Source of the DNA: a virus
Lineage: Duplodnaviria; Heunggongvirae; Uroviricota; Caudoviricetes
Virus record (IMG/VR): IMGVR_UViG_3300024287_000004
Location: 492 to 64,491 of that record
DNA length: 64,000 nt
Strand: one strand, 5' to 3'
Positions within the stretch are counted from its first letter, which is position 1; each line of letters begins with the position of its first letter. The translations under genes were made by a program, and so were the position numbers. Below, piece after piece: positions 27,733 through 37,636 of the stretch. Below the pieces are notes generated by a model, which saw only the letters and a list, made by a program, of their open reading frames with translations, searched no databases and was not told where the DNA came from.

Positions 27733-28851
27733 TTAATGAGGAACCTCCAGCTTGTCTAGCACCGCTTTAACGTCAATTTTGTCTCCATCAAACCTCAACA
27801 TCATAGCTAGCGTAAAGCACTCTTGCATGACGTAGAGCCAGTCGATTGCGATTTCACCCCGGAAGGTTGTTACGGTTTTCTTCTCAGGGTATAGCTTCTT
27901 AAAGACTCCTACCAGAGCCGTAAAAGCTTCCTTGTCGGTCTTGCAGTCTTTGAGAGCGTTGTAAGCGCCCTTCTCGGCCCACTTCAACTCGCTAAAGCAG
28001 TTGGCTTTGTAGTTGTCGCTAGTATCCCCGTTAGCTACTTGGAAATACAGCCACATCCGGCCAGCCCCATCCACTTTACCTTTGTCATCCAGCCACAGGC
28101 CCCCAAAGCCCTCGATCAGCCGTGGCTTGTCCTCCTTATCCGGGTTAAAGTGCCAGCCTTCGCTTTGCTTGCTGTCCTTATCTACCGCAACTCCAATGAC
28201 AACATCCTTGTCTTGCTTACCTCCTGCTTTCCAAGCTTTGTAGCCTGCTACAACGGCCATAGTGAACGCATCGTCGGTCTCAATGTCGTGCATCATCTTG
28301 GCGTTGTGGCGCTCACAAACATAACGTTTCATCTCGTCCAGCAGCAACGGCTTGAGCATATCTTCCCTGTTGCCTTTGTATGGTAGCAAGGTAGCTACCT
28401 TGTGCCTAAAAACCTCGCCTTCACCAGTGAAGCCGAAGTAGTTAGTGGTTCCCAGCTTGCCACAGATGCCCATGATAGTGTCGTCAATGATCTTCTTAGC
28501 ACCTTCCTCTGGCGAGATGAACGTATCCGGGGCGAACAGGTCGTTACCTTCCTCGTCCTCTCCAATCTTCTTACCACGGATGCGGAACGGGCGTGGGTTG
28601 TGGCCGTCCACTACCTCAAAGTCTTCCCATTTGTAGAAGTCGTTACCCGACACCTTGTTCTTAAAGCCGATCCAGCCACCCTCTTTTTTCCTCCAGTCGC
28701 CCCATAGCTCAGTACGGTTTTCAAACTTCATAACCTGCCCGGTAGGCTTGTGGGTAGCCGTGATGAAGCGTTCTTCTGCCACGCTAACAGCGTTGAAGAT
28801 AATAAAATCGTAATCGAAGCACAGGGATTTACCTTGTGTTGTTGGTTTCAT
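27733..28851 (-). CDS. 5'-3' exonuclease (T7 gp6-like)
   Basis: N-terminus CFDYDFIIFNAVSVAEE parallels T7 gp6 VMDGDWLVFQAMSAAEF; DKDSKQ cf. DKDFKT. Confidence 0.55.
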   Translation of the reverse strand: MKPTTQGKSLCFDYDFIIFNAVSVAEERFITATHKPTGQVMKFENRTELWGDWRKKEGGWIGFKNKVSGNDFYKWEDFEVVDGHNPRPFRIRGKKIGEDEEGNDLFAPDTFISPEEGAKKIIDDTIMGICGKLGTTNYFGFTGEGEVFRHKVATLLPYKGNREDMLKPLLLDEMKRYVCERHNAKMMHDIETDDAFTMAVVAGYKAWKAGGKQDKDVVIGVAVDKDSKQSEGWHFNPDKEDKPRLIEGFGGLWLDDKGKVDGAGRMWLYFQVANGDTSDNYKANCFSELKWAEKGAYNALKDCKTDKEAFTALVGVFKKLYPEKKTVTTFRGEIAIDWLYVMQECFTLAMMLRFDGDKIDVKAVLDKLEVPH

Positions 28852-29038
28852 ACGTTACTTCCTTGTAATTAAGAATTTCCCACTCACGCTCGCAACCTGT
28901 GCCGTCAATGTGAAAATTAACCCCGCATTCCGGGTGATCTAGCATGAACTGCACAGCGGTATCATAAAAATAACGGTTCTGCCCTGCCCAGTGCCTTACT
29001 TTGTGCTTATCACAGACGAGCGTATAAGTTGTGCTCAT
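28829..29038 (-). CDS. Hypothetical Cys/His-containing protein, 69 aa
   Basis: ORF. Confidence 0.35.
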   Translation of the reverse strand: MSTTYTLVCDKHKVRHWAGQNRYFYDTAVQFMLDHPECGVNFHIDGTGCEREWEILNYKEVTYETNNTR

Positions 29039-29118
29039 AAAGCTCCTAAATGAAAAAGCCCCTACAACCGCAAAGTCGTAGGGGCTGTTACTTACCTAGC
29101 TACCTAGTTGTCTTATTA

Positions 29119-30048
29119 CTAAAACGGAATGTCATCGTCCATATCCGCTGCCGGGGCAGGCGTAGGAGCCGGGGTAGCAACTGGCGTTGCCTTCTGCTTC
29201 GGTGCAGCTTTAGGAGCAGCCGCTTTAGCGGGTGCTACTTGCTCTGCTACCGGGGCCTGCTTACTGCCTTGCTCTGCCTCGAATTCCTCAATAGCCTTTT
29301 GCATCTGGCTACCTGCGTAGTTATGCGCAAGCTTAATCACCTTGATAATACCGGGGCGGATGATTCCGATGTCTTCCTTGGTAGCGTTCTCGAAAGTGAT
29401 GCACTTCGGCTCGGCTTTCAGGGGAGCAAACACCGGGATTTCTTCAACCTCGTTACCGTCTGCATCCGTGACGAACACCGGGGCAGGCTTAGAAGCGCCC
29501 TTGTAGTTAATGTTGGTGTAGACTATTTCGTTACCCTCTGCGTCCGTCTTGCCCGATGGGGTCTTGCGTACTTCCACATCAGCCAAGAACTGACCACCCA
29601 GCAGTTGAGAGATGTCCATATGTTGCTGGATATCCGGCTTACCAATTGCCTTAGCCAGCTTGGTAATCACACTGTTATCGTGCAACGCCCACGGTACGCC
29701 TTTGATCGTCTCTTTAGTATCCGGGTCTTTCGGCGGAGTTGGGAAGAAACCAATTCCTTTCATCTTGCCCTTGAACGTGTTGTTCAACATCAGACGGTAT
29801 TGCTGCTTACCGATTTCACCGCCGTAGTCCACTACGTCATTGACCAGATCAGCGAAAATTGCTACGTGCTGCTTTGGAGTTTTCTCCTTACCGTCATCGC
29901 CCGGTTCGCGGTCCTGAACGCCCAGATCAATGATAGTAGAGACACGAGCACGGCGCATACCGGGCTTCGGCTCAGGGAAGTTTTTTTGTACGTACTCACT
30001 GCCAGTATTGTTGGTGCTTTCACGCTGGCCCATTGGTTTAAAGCTCAT
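29119..30048 (-). CDS. ssb: Single-stranded DNA-binding protein with acidic C-terminal tail
   Basis: C-terminus ...DMDDDIPF (canonical SSB tail DDDIPF); Pro/Ala-rich linker. Confidence 0.7.
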   Translation of the reverse strand: MSFKPMGQRESTNNTGSEYVQKNFPEPKPGMRRARVSTIIDLGVQDREPGDDGKEKTPKQHVAIFADLVNDVVDYGGEIGKQQYRLMLNNTFKGKMKGIGFFPTPPKDPDTKETIKGVPWALHDNSVITKLAKAIGKPDIQQHMDISQLLGGQFLADVEVRKTPSGKTDAEGNEIVYTNINYKGASKPAPVFVTDADGNEVEEIPVFAPLKAEPKCITFENATKEDIGIIRPGIIKVIKLAHNYAGSQMQKAIEEFEAEQGSKQAPVAEQVAPAKAAAPKAAPKQKATPVATPAPTPAPAADMDDDIPF

Positions 30049-30143
30049 TTACTAATTTCCTTTTCAAGTTAATTATGCATAGCCCCTCGGCGTACCTTCG
30101 GGGTCTTACGCTGGGGCCTAACGCTTACGCGTTAGGCCCCCGC

Positions 30144-30172
30144 ATTTTACACTACTTAGCTAGCTATGTCAA
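30144..30172 (-). promoter_or_regulatory. Sigma70-like promoter on minus strand (TTGACA-17-TAAAAT) with TAGCTAGC upstream
   Basis: revcomp tgtcaa 30167-30172; atttta 30144-30149. Confidence 0.55.
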
Positions 30173-30179
30173 TAGCTGC

Positions 30180-30401
30180 TTAGAATAAAATCCGGCTAAA
30201 GAAACGGCGTATACCCCTACGCTGCAAGAGATCGTAAAGCCCACAAAGGCAAATGTACAAGTTGAGGAATGGGATCAAGCTCAGTAGGATCGCTGAGAGA
30301 AAATCTCCAACCGTAACAAAATCATCCGACCATTTGATTGCGGCCAGAATTACCCCAAACGGGATCAGGCACAGCAGTAGGTACATTACTAAAATATCCA
30401 T
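30180..30401 (-). CDS. Small membrane protein, 73 aa
   Basis: Two hydrophobic helices. Confidence 0.4.
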   Translation of the reverse strand: MDILVMYLLLCLIPFGVILAAIKWSDDFVTVGDFLSAILLSLIPFLNLYICLCGLYDLLQRRGIRRFFSRILF

Positions 30402-30604
30402 TAGAAGCCTCCATACTTAAAACGGTTATAGGCCATAACGCCCAACTCGGCCAGCCCAACGACAATCACGAGGCAATTAAGCACCGGGATTGCACTGATA
30501 GCAAGCACAATAAGCAGCATGAGAGTCGAGAACGGCACACGGTTAAAGTGCAGCACGAGGCTACATACAATCACACTAGTAATAAACAGTGCAAGAAACA
30601 TCAA
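30401..30604 (-). CDS. Small membrane protein, 67 aa
   Basis: Hydrophobic; ATGA overlap. Confidence 0.4.
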   Translation of the reverse strand: MMFLALFITSVIVCSLVLHFNRVPFSTLMLLIVLAISAIPVLNCLVIVVGLAELGVMAYNRFKYGGF

Positions 30605-30999
30605 CCCTCCTTTGGGAAATAAACAGTGTTACGGGTTTCAAAGACGCCTGTAGCTTCGTCGTAGCGGATCACCGTGGAAGTATAGACATCCTGTTCACCC
30701 AAGCGGGGATGGTCAAGGGCGTAAACAGACGCCAAGCTACCGAGCTTGATGTAAACAGGCCGAGTTTTGTCATAGTGCACCACAGGCTTAAGGCCCTTGA
30801 CAGGCACAACCCAGCCGTCAGGGTGCCTTGCTGCACCCTCAACGAACTCTTCGGTGCCTTCCGAGTCGGGTTCAAATAGAAAAGGGAATGGCTTCTGCAT
30901 CAGGTTGTCTTGGTTGCTGGGCTTGCTAATGCAAGCTTGTTTCAAAAGACCACGATCAGTAGCAACAACAAGCTGGCCCTCTTTAAATTTAGGTTGCAT
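30601..30999 (-). CDS. Hypothetical protein, 132 aa
   Basis: ORF. Confidence 0.45.
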   Translation of the reverse strand: MQPKFKEGQLVVATDRGLLKQACISKPSNQDNLMQKPFPFLFEPDSEGTEEFVEGAARHPDGWVVPVKGLKPVVHYDKTRPVYIKLGSLASVYALDHPRLGEQDVYTSTVIRYDEATGVFETRNTVYFPKEG

Positions 31000-31008
31000 G
31001 ATTTCTCC

Positions 31009-31386
31009 TTAGTTAGTGAACATTCGTTCAATTGATTTATCAATGTACTCAAACCGCTTCGTCTCTTGTACGAGCTTGGAAGCGTTGTACGGCGAGTAGC
31101 CGTTAGCGTGCAACCAGTCTAGCAGCTTAACTGCATTCACCTTATGCACGTTGGTGTTCAGGGTTTTCTCAACGATATGGCCTTTAGGAAAGTTCCTTGT
31201 GAACTTTACCCAAAAGGGGAACTCCATCAATACAGCTACAGGTTCCCCAGTACGGTATTCCATGCCACGATTGCGCATTACGACCTCGGTAGCAGCAAGG
31301 CGCATCTGTTCGTAGATGGCCTTGCTTGCTTTCCTAGTTTTACGCTTCTGTGCCTTTGTGGCTTTTACTCGCCTCACAGCCGCCAT
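31009..31386 (-). CDS. Hypothetical basic protein, 125 aa
   Basis: ORF. Confidence 0.45.
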   Translation of the reverse strand: MAAVRRVKATKAQKRKTRKASKAIYEQMRLAATEVVMRNRGMEYRTGEPVAVLMEFPFWVKFTRNFPKGHIVEKTLNTNVHKVNAVKLLDWLHANGYSPYNASKLVQETKRFEYIDKSIERMFTN

Positions 31387-31580
31387 ACGAAGCTGAGAAA
31401 TTCGGCTAGGGCTAGGAAACCGCCGAGTCCAAACAAGGCCATTCCAGCATTAACAACATAGCGCCAGTTGCTACGGTAGTCCAACGCCGTGTCCACGATG
31501 ATACCGACCTGCATTGAGAACGCTCCGGTCAGCAACAGAGTAAGAGCCAGTTTAAATAGGATGCTCATAATTAATCTCAC
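31374..31580 (-). CDS. Small membrane protein, 68 aa
   Basis: Hydrophobic. Confidence 0.4.
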   Translation of the reverse strand: MRLIMSILFKLALTLLLTGAFSMQVGIIVDTALDYRSNWRYVVNAGMALFGLGGFLALAEFLSFVWRL

Positions 31581-31594
31581 TTTGAACGCGGCTA

Positions 31595-32386
31595 TTACTT
31601 CCCGATGTTCACCATGCCCTTAAAGTCGTAAGGGATGACCACGGTTTGCACCTTACCAGCGGCGATGCCTTCTGCGATCTTAACTTGGGCCTGAGCCTGC
31701 ATGTAGTTAATAGCACCAGCGTTAGCGTTCAGAGCAGCGATTCGTTTGGATTCCTGCTCTGCCTTCTGCACTTCCACAGCGGCTTGCTTAAGCTCGTTCT
31801 GCGCACGAACAAGGTTATTGGCCGATTCTGCAATGGAACGTGGCGGTACTGCGTTCTTCACCAACACTTGCGAAACCAAGATGGAGCTACCCAGCTTTTC
31901 AGCGTCCAGCGTTTCCTTGATCGTTGCCAAAATTTCTGCTTCGATTGCTGCACGGTTGTCGTTCATCTTTAATGCTTCGTACTTGCGCACTACCTTGTAG
32001 ACAGCGTTTTTAGCAACAAGTTGAACGTAGGACTGCATCAGCAGCGTTTCGCCCTTTTCGTTGACTCCATGGAAGGAACGAGACTTGTTGATATAAAGGT
32101 CGCTCACGCTCGACGGATTAAGGTTGTAAACCACCGTAAGGTCAAAGTCAGCCATAGTTACGTTCTCCGAAGTCTGCGGTTGCAGGTCTTTTACCTCCGC
32201 GTTAATCTCGCGAATCGGGAACGTAAGGATATCTCCTACGATGGTCTGGTTAACGGAGCCTGCTACACGTTCGCTCTGCTCCACGGTTTTATCCCAGTTA
32301 ACACGAAGGCCAACCTCGCCAGTGTCAATACGTGTGCAACCAGCGAAAGCCACTGCCATTACGAGCATTGCAATAAATTTTTTCAT
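31595..32386 (-). CDS. SPFH/band-7 (prohibitin/HflC-like) domain lipoprotein
   Basis: Signal peptide with lipobox AFAGC; SPFH-like core; C-terminal coiled coil. Confidence 0.6.
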   Translation of the reverse strand: MKKFIAMLVMAVAFAGCTRIDTGEVGLRVNWDKTVEQSERVAGSVNQTIVGDILTFPIREINAEVKDLQPQTSENVTMADFDLTVVYNLNPSSVSDLYINKSRSFHGVNEKGETLLMQSYVQLVAKNAVYKVVRKYEALKMNDNRAAIEAEILATIKETLDAEKLGSSILVSQVLVKNAVPPRSIAESANNLVRAQNELKQAAVEVQKAEQESKRIAALNANAGAINYMQAQAQVKIAEGIAAGKVQTVVIPYDFKGMVNIGK

Positions 32387-32564
32387 GTGTTCTCCTTTGG
32401 TTAGTTAAATCCGGTGCCGCGTGCAGCAGCCTCGTCATTGGCGAAGTATTTATACTCCCACCCCGCTTCTTGCTTGTCGGCCATGCATTCATCCGGGGCG
32501 AGTTGCCACTGATCGTTGCTCCCCTCCTTTTTCCTATACAGCCTCATGTGTTCTCCTTGTACGG

Positions 32565-32912
32565 TTAAGCTTTTACAACTTCCTCGTCATAACGGGCCGA
32601 CTTGGTAAGAATCCGTTCACCGAGCTTTGTACGGTCCCACCACGTATTAACCAGCTTACGAGAGCTACTGTGCTCCATTTCCTTTAGCTTGTCAAGATAT
32701 TTCTTAATTTCCTGCTTATCTTCCTCGTTAAGCGGCTTGGGGGTGTTCTCAATTGCAGCTTGTTTACGCTGCTCGAAAGTGCCTCGGCGTTTAGCTTGAC
32801 CCACTTTACCCCCTTTACTTAAAAACGTAGGCAACAAGCATAACTGCCGCCATGAGCCATCCGAAACCGCCGCTTGGCTCCCAGTCCGCGAAACAAACAC
32901 TTGCCATTGCAA
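32565..32912 (-). CDS. Hypothetical protein, 115 aa
   Basis: ORF. Confidence 0.4.
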   Translation of the reverse strand: MQWQVFVSRTGSQAAVSDGSWRQLCLLPTFLSKGGKVGQAKRRGTFEQRKQAAIENTPKPLNEEDKQEIKKYLDKLKEMEHSSSRKLVNTWWDRTKLGERILTKSARYDEEVVKA

Positions 32913-32952
32913 GAAAGCCGAGGAACAGAATTACAAACAGTAGCATCATGGC

Positions 32953-33429
32953 TTAAATCTCCACAAAGAAATAACCTTCGGGTTTCGGCTCCACGTAGGG
33001 AAGGACACGGCAACGCTTGGCCATGCTGTTGTCTTGATAGCCCAGCAGTTCGCCTTTCCACTCGGGTTTTTCCTCCCAAGCGAAAACGTCACGCTCTTTG
33101 CAGTCACGGGTGAGGTAGTTAGCCCACGCCGGGACTTCGTACTTGATACCTTCGTGCTCGATGAGCCGGGTTGCTCCCGCTTTCACGATAACCCCATTAC
33201 GCAATTCGCATTCAGTGGAGCAATCTGCTGCAAAGAATTCCTCGCTAGTGCCGTAGAGGATTCCCCCGTCTTTCTCCGTGTACAGAAAGGGCCTATCGTC
33301 GTAATGCACACCTTGGTCGTTATCTGGAGAGCACATATCCCACTCATAACCAGCAGCGAACAGGGCTTTCTGGATTTGAACCGAATGATCCGTGCCATCC
33401 ACGCGAAATTTCATCTCTTTAAAACTCAT
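32953..33429 (-). CDS. Hypothetical protein with conserved N-terminal VQIQKALFAAGYEW domain, 158 aa
   Basis: Shares N-terminal motif with 39428..39850 and 40107..41351. Confidence 0.45.
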   Translation of the reverse strand: MSFKEMKFRVDGTDHSVQIQKALFAAGYEWDMCSPDNDQGVHYDDRPFLYTEKDGGILYGTSEEFFAADCSTECELRNGVIVKAGATRLIEHEGIKYEVPAWANYLTRDCKERDVFAWEEKPEWKGELLGYQDNSMAKRCRVLPYVEPKPEGYFFVEI

Positions 33430-33458
33430 TTTTTCTCCTTTGTTAGTTAGGAAGACAA

Positions 33459-33487
33459 CAGCTTACCCTGTTAGCTCACTGTTGTCA
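33459..33487 (-). promoter_or_regulatory. Sigma70-like promoter on minus strand (TTGACA-17-TAAGCT)
   Basis: revcomp tgtcaa 33482-33487. Confidence 0.4.
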
Positions 33488-33494
33488 AGTGTTT

Positions 33495-33779
33495 TTACTT
33501 TCTTCGCCTTTTCCTGTAAATCTTCTGCCTTTCAGCCCGCTTAGCCCATTGCTCAGGCTTAAACCTGTAGGTGGCGTTTAAGCTGTTAGCTAATAAGTGC
33601 GGTACATGCCACGAACCATCACGCGGGGTGGACCAGCCAGCTATTGCCCCGCTCGCTTTATGCCTCGCCCTCATGTAAGTACTACCACACACCACTTCAA
33701 AACCTAGTGCATGGTAGTACATAAACGTTCCCAGCCATGCTAGCGGTCTTTTATCCGCTTCGTCGTATGCTTTGCCCAT
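33495..33779 (-). CDS. Hypothetical basic protein, 94 aa
   Basis: ORF. Confidence 0.4.
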   Translation of the reverse strand: MGKAYDEADKRPLAWLGTFMYYHALGFEVVCGSTYMRARHKASGAIAGWSTPRDGSWHVPHLLANSLNATYRFKPEQWAKRAERQKIYRKRRRK

Positions 33780-34357
33780 TACCTGACTCCATGTGTGGCT
33801 GTGTAACCAGCACCTTGTTGATTAAGTTCTCCCAACATCTTACTCCTATACTCGCACGCTGACTGGTAGGCTACGTATTCCCCCAGTTGCTTGATATTAA
33901 ACCGCTTGTGGCCTCTACTGCCATCCGTCCTGCACCATACAGCTACCCAGTACTCCGTACCCCTCCCGTTAGTGCCCCTTGACACGCCAGTAACGCCAGA
34001 AATGTTATCCCTCCGTTTTGCAGCGTTCCTAGTGTTTATTGCATTAGGCACCGCTCGCAGGTTACCTACGCTATTGTTCAGATAATTACCGTCCAAGTGG
34101 TCTACTACAAATCCCTCCGGGATAGGGCCGTTGTGCATCTCCCAAATAATACGGTGTACTTTGTAACGCTTACCTGCCAAGAGCACGGTTGACCTCTCCC
34201 CGTTCTTCTTACCGGCAACATCGCCCTTTCTAATGTGGGTCAAGATGTTTTTTGAGTTGTAAACGTCAATCGCCCAACGGAGGAATGTTGGGCTTGTTTC
34301 GTCGTATACAAAGTAATCGGTCCACTTAATATGCGAAGTATCTAGCGGCTTCGGCAT
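33779..34357 (-). CDS. HNH homing endonuclease (HNH_3 + AP2 domain)
   Basis: HRIIWEMHNGPIPEGFVVDHLDGNYLNNSVGNLRAV; AP2-like GVSRGTNGRGTEYWVAVW. Confidence 0.75.
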   Translation of the reverse strand: MPKPLDTSHIKWTDYFVYDETSPTFLRWAIDVYNSKNILTHIRKGDVAGKKNGERSTVLLAGKRYKVHRIIWEMHNGPIPEGFVVDHLDGNYLNNSVGNLRAVPNAINTRNAAKRRDNISGVTGVSRGTNGRGTEYWVAVWCRTDGSRGHKRFNIKQLGEYVAYQSACEYRSKMLGELNQQGAGYTATHGVR

Positions 34358-34377
34358 ACAATCTCCTTAAAGTTGGT

Positions 34378-34406
34378 ATTGTACACCGAATGTCCACACT
34401 TGTCAA
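34378..34406 (-). promoter_or_regulatory. Sigma70-like promoter on minus strand (TTGACA-17-TACAAT)
   Basis: revcomp tgtcaa 34401-34406; attgta 34378-34383. Confidence 0.5.
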
Positions 34407-34417
34407 CAGCTAGGTTG

Positions 34418-36862
34418 TTAGTGAGTCTCAGCCCAGTTCCTACCTAACATATAGTCTGCTAGCAAAGTAACGTTGAGCTTGTAATACTCGCCTGACTCCC
34501 TAACGGCTTCACTCGTCAGTTCTCCAGCTAGGCAGTAGCCCATGTAGTAGCCCTTGGCCGTATGCCCAACCTCAGACCACCTAGGATTCTCAGCTTTAAA
34601 CGCCTTAGCCGCTTCCTCCGTTTGAAACGTCTTCCACTGAATAAGAGATTTATGTACCTCTAGGTTAGCCTCGTCGTGGTAGGCTACTAGTTGCTGAACA
34701 AAGACTTTGTTCTTCCAATCATCTTTCCAGAAATCTACTGTCATTCCTGCCTGTCGTAGCTTTCTTTCATGGATAACCATAGCCCGTTTTGCGCAGATAA
34801 CCCCCGCTGACTGGAACAAGCTGTTGATTAGGGCAGAAGCCGATCGGGTTGGAATTTTTCTCCCGTCAATGCCGAGAATGAACTTCTTACCCCCGGTTGT
34901 CTCCCAGTACTTCTTAAGGCGTTCTGCCAACATTTTAAGAGGCTTAGCAGCTTCCCAGTACGCCTCGTGAATCAATTTACCTGTGGCTAAATCACAACCA
35001 ACGGTCTTAGCAACCCTTGCAGGTTGAGCACCGTAAGCGCAAGCGTATTTAACTGGCTTAGCGGCTGTTCGACTGAAAGCCTGTCCGATAACATCTGCAA
35101 TCTTTTTAGCTGTAACCGTATGAATGTCATTTGGCTTAGCAGCGGTCAGCGATTTGCAATAGGACTTTTCTTCATCGTCATACCTCCAAGCGTAGTGTGA
35201 CTCGATCATCGCTTCTAGGCTAGCAAAGTCATAACCTAGTTGGTAAAACCCCGCCTCAACGTCAACGCCGAATAGCTCCCTCATCTCCGTGCCAAAGAGG
35301 GAAGTAACGCGTGGGATGTTAGCAACCAAGCGATGCTTAAAACGGCTTGTAGCAGCCCCGCAGGTATCAGCGGGAGTAGGAATTCGATGGTCAATGTTGA
35401 TACGATCAACCGAGAGCCAGCCCTTCTCCATTTCCTCTTCATCGTCGTCCGGGTCCACGTTACCCCCGAGAATACTGTTACGGCGATGGCTGTACGTCAG
35501 GTATTCACTGACCTCCTTAGCGTAAGCAAACTTCGCTTTCATAGCCTCTGACAACAGGGCCGGGTCAATCTCTTTCTCCTGCCCGATGGTCAACGTGGGA
35601 TTCGTATAAACCTTAAGAGGCCGCTTCATGTGGTCGTGCTCTTTAAGCTTAGCCCTCACCATCTCTCGGTCGTGGTAGATCGTGATACCCAAGCCCCTCA
35701 CTTCCGAAAGCTCCTGCATCCGGTCGTCCTTGAAAGGACCGTCAAACGTTTGGTCAACCCACTTGTCTACGGCAGCGTCAAACTTCTCCTTAAGCAGCTT
35801 CTTTTTCTTGCTGTCTACTGTTAAGTCACGCTCCTTATACTGGGTCGGATTCCAGCCCATCTCCACGAGCCAGCCCTTGATGTGGGTTGTGTCCTTAATC
35901 GTCGCAGGCATGTGTGTGAAGATTGGACCCTCTGGCAGTGGTAGTGTGTGCATTGTCCCGTACAACTCGGCCTTGTAAACTCCGTCAACCTCTTCCAGCT
36001 TGCCGCCGTGCTTCTCAATAAAATTGATGGCGTGGGCTGTAGGAGTGCCGTCCTTCTTAAACTGCTTAGCCGGGGGCGTGTAGTCCTTCATTGCCGTCTT
36101 GGTAAGAGGCTTAGGAGGAATCAACGGCTCGACAATTTGCCGTAGGGCTTCCATTTTTTCGTCTAGCACCTTGACATGCTCTACAGCCTTGTCCCGGTTG
36201 AACCAGAACCCGCGATGTTCCTGCCTCGTGATAAGCTCTTTGACAAGCTTCTCAAGGTTGTAAGCATCGTCCCAGTCCCAGTCGCCCCATTCCCGGATAA
36301 GGAAGTCGTGAACACGGTCAGTAACATCCAAGTCACGTTCCATGTACACAGCCATTTCGGGGTGAAACACCAAGAACTCCGCCCCTTTAGGAGCGTCGTG
36401 AGTACACAACCCAAGTTCTACAGCTTTGGCGCGCCAGTTGATTTTTTCCAGCCCAAGAATGCCGCCGAAGTAGTCTATACTGTGCTGTGGACGGTCAGGG
36501 TTAAGCGTCTTCGACATCACCAGCGTGTCGGTAATGATGATAGGCTTACCGCCTACCAAATCAGGCGCACCACCGTAACCAATCTCGTAATCCAGCCCGA
36601 TAGCAGCTTTCATTGCAAGATGGTCAAAGTTGATTGAGTTGTGGGCGATTAGCTCTGTCGCTGTGTCAAGGATGAACTCTTTTACTCTTCCGTTGTAAAT
36701 GTCATCTGCTAGAAATACCGTCTTCTCTTTGGTTTCCTTGTTTTTAAAACCAACGCAGTGAATAAATCTGCTATCCTTCAACGTGTATGGAGAAGCATTG
36801 TAGTCTACCCGTTGCGAGTCGAGAAGCCCGCGCGATTCAATATCCCAAACGTACCTAGTCAC
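34418..36862 (-). CDS. DNA polymerase, family A (T7 gp5-like) with 3'-5' exonuclease domain
   Basis: Motif A GYDFASLEAMIESHY, motif B KPVKYACAYGAQPARVAKTVG, motif C VAYHDEANLEV; GTG start with RBS aaaggaga. Confidence 0.85.
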   Translation of the reverse strand: MTRYVWDIESRGLLDSQRVDYNASPYTLKDSRFIHCVGFKNKETKEKTVFLADDIYNGRVKEFILDTATELIAHNSINFDHLAMKAAIGLDYEIGYGGAPDLVGGKPIIITDTLVMSKTLNPDRPQHSIDYFGGILGLEKINWRAKAVELGLCTHDAPKGAEFLVFHPEMAVYMERDLDVTDRVHDFLIREWGDWDWDDAYNLEKLVKELITRQEHRGFWFNRDKAVEHVKVLDEKMEALRQIVEPLIPPKPLTKTAMKDYTPPAKQFKKDGTPTAHAINFIEKHGGKLEEVDGVYKAELYGTMHTLPLPEGPIFTHMPATIKDTTHIKGWLVEMGWNPTQYKERDLTVDSKKKKLLKEKFDAAVDKWVDQTFDGPFKDDRMQELSEVRGLGITIYHDREMVRAKLKEHDHMKRPLKVYTNPTLTIGQEKEIDPALLSEAMKAKFAYAKEVSEYLTYSHRRNSILGGNVDPDDDEEEMEKGWLSVDRINIDHRIPTPADTCGAATSRFKHRLVANIPRVTSLFGTEMRELFGVDVEAGFYQLGYDFASLEAMIESHYAWRYDDEEKSYCKSLTAAKPNDIHTVTAKKIADVIGQAFSRTAAKPVKYACAYGAQPARVAKTVGCDLATGKLIHEAYWEAAKPLKMLAERLKKYWETTGGKKFILGIDGRKIPTRSASALINSLFQSAGVICAKRAMVIHERKLRQAGMTVDFWKDDWKNKVFVQQLVAYHDEANLEVHKSLIQWKTFQTEEAAKAFKAENPRWSEVGHTAKGYYMGYCLAGELTSEAVRESGEYYKLNVTLLADYMLGRNWAETH

Positions 36863-37568
36863 TTGTTTTCTCCTTTAGATAGCTAATGACAGCCTCATTC
36901 GCAGCTTCTTCCGTGTCAAACCTGCCAAGAGCTACCTGTTTGTGTTTTCCAGCCACTACCTCAGTAAGTGTAGCTCTCCACTTTGAACGTGCCTTGTCCC
37001 ACGATACCCCGTAAAAATTTGACGTTTTACGGCTGTACTGTCTTCTCCCTTTTGGTGTGGCCCCTTTGTTAGCTTTCACATAATCTACAACAGCTTGGTC
37101 GCCTAGCGTAGCCTTAATCTCTTCTGCCCGCTTCCGCAACTCTATTGCATCATCAACACACTTGAATACTCCGAGGCAGAGTGTAGTTTCGTTTACGTAG
37201 ATTTGGGCCTTCCATTTCCCTTTGTAATGGACTACACCGAGTCTGCCTGACTCGGTATCTTTTTCCGTGCGCCGGTTGTTTTGTTGAACTTTCTTAGTAG
37301 CCCAACGGCAATTGCTTGGCTCGTAGTTTCCGTCAACATCCTTACGGTCTAATGTAAGCCCATCTGGTCTCTCTCCGACTGCACCGAGAAAATTTAACAG
37401 GCCCCTTGGATTATCCCAACGCCATTCCTCGCAAACAGAGATGCCCCGCCCACCGTATCTGTTGTAACTTTGATGGTTCTTTGAGTAGCAGCGGTAATTC
37501 ATCATCCTCCATGTTGCGTATAGCGGGTGTGTTGTTGGTTTTTCTATTCCTATCTGCTTTACTAGCAT
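36855..37568 (-). CDS. HNH homing endonuclease (HNH_3 + two AP2-like domains)
   Basis: TLDRKDVDGNYEPSNCRWATKKVQ; track TTG start 37619, ATG 37568 with RBS aggaga preferred. Confidence 0.65.
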   Translation of the reverse strand: MLVKQIGIEKPTTHPLYATWRMMNYRCYSKNHQSYNRYGGRGISVCEEWRWDNPRGLLNFLGAVGERPDGLTLDRKDVDGNYEPSNCRWATKKVQQNNRRTEKDTESGRLGVVHYKGKWKAQIYVNETTLCLGVFKCVDDAIELRKRAEEIKATLGDQAVVDYVKANKGATPKGRRQYSRKTSNFYGVSWDKARSKWRATLTEVVAGKHKQVALGRFDTEEAANEAVISYLKEKTSD

Positions 37569-37590
37569 ATTATCTCCTAAAATAATTTGG

Positions 37591-37619
37591 AGTATAGCAC
37601 ACTCGTTACCACTTGTCAA
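37591..37619 (-). promoter_or_regulatory. Sigma70-like promoter on minus strand (TTGACA-17-TATACT)
   Basis: revcomp tgtcaa 37614-37619; agtata 37591-37596. Confidence 0.55.
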
Positions 37620-37636
37620 GGCACACCATTATGCCC

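Noticed and set aside
29050-30072. 340-aa + strand ORF antisense to the SSB gene
   Set aside because: It mirrors the SSB coding frame. The Arg/Cys/Leu-rich composition is typical of antisense GC-rich frames.
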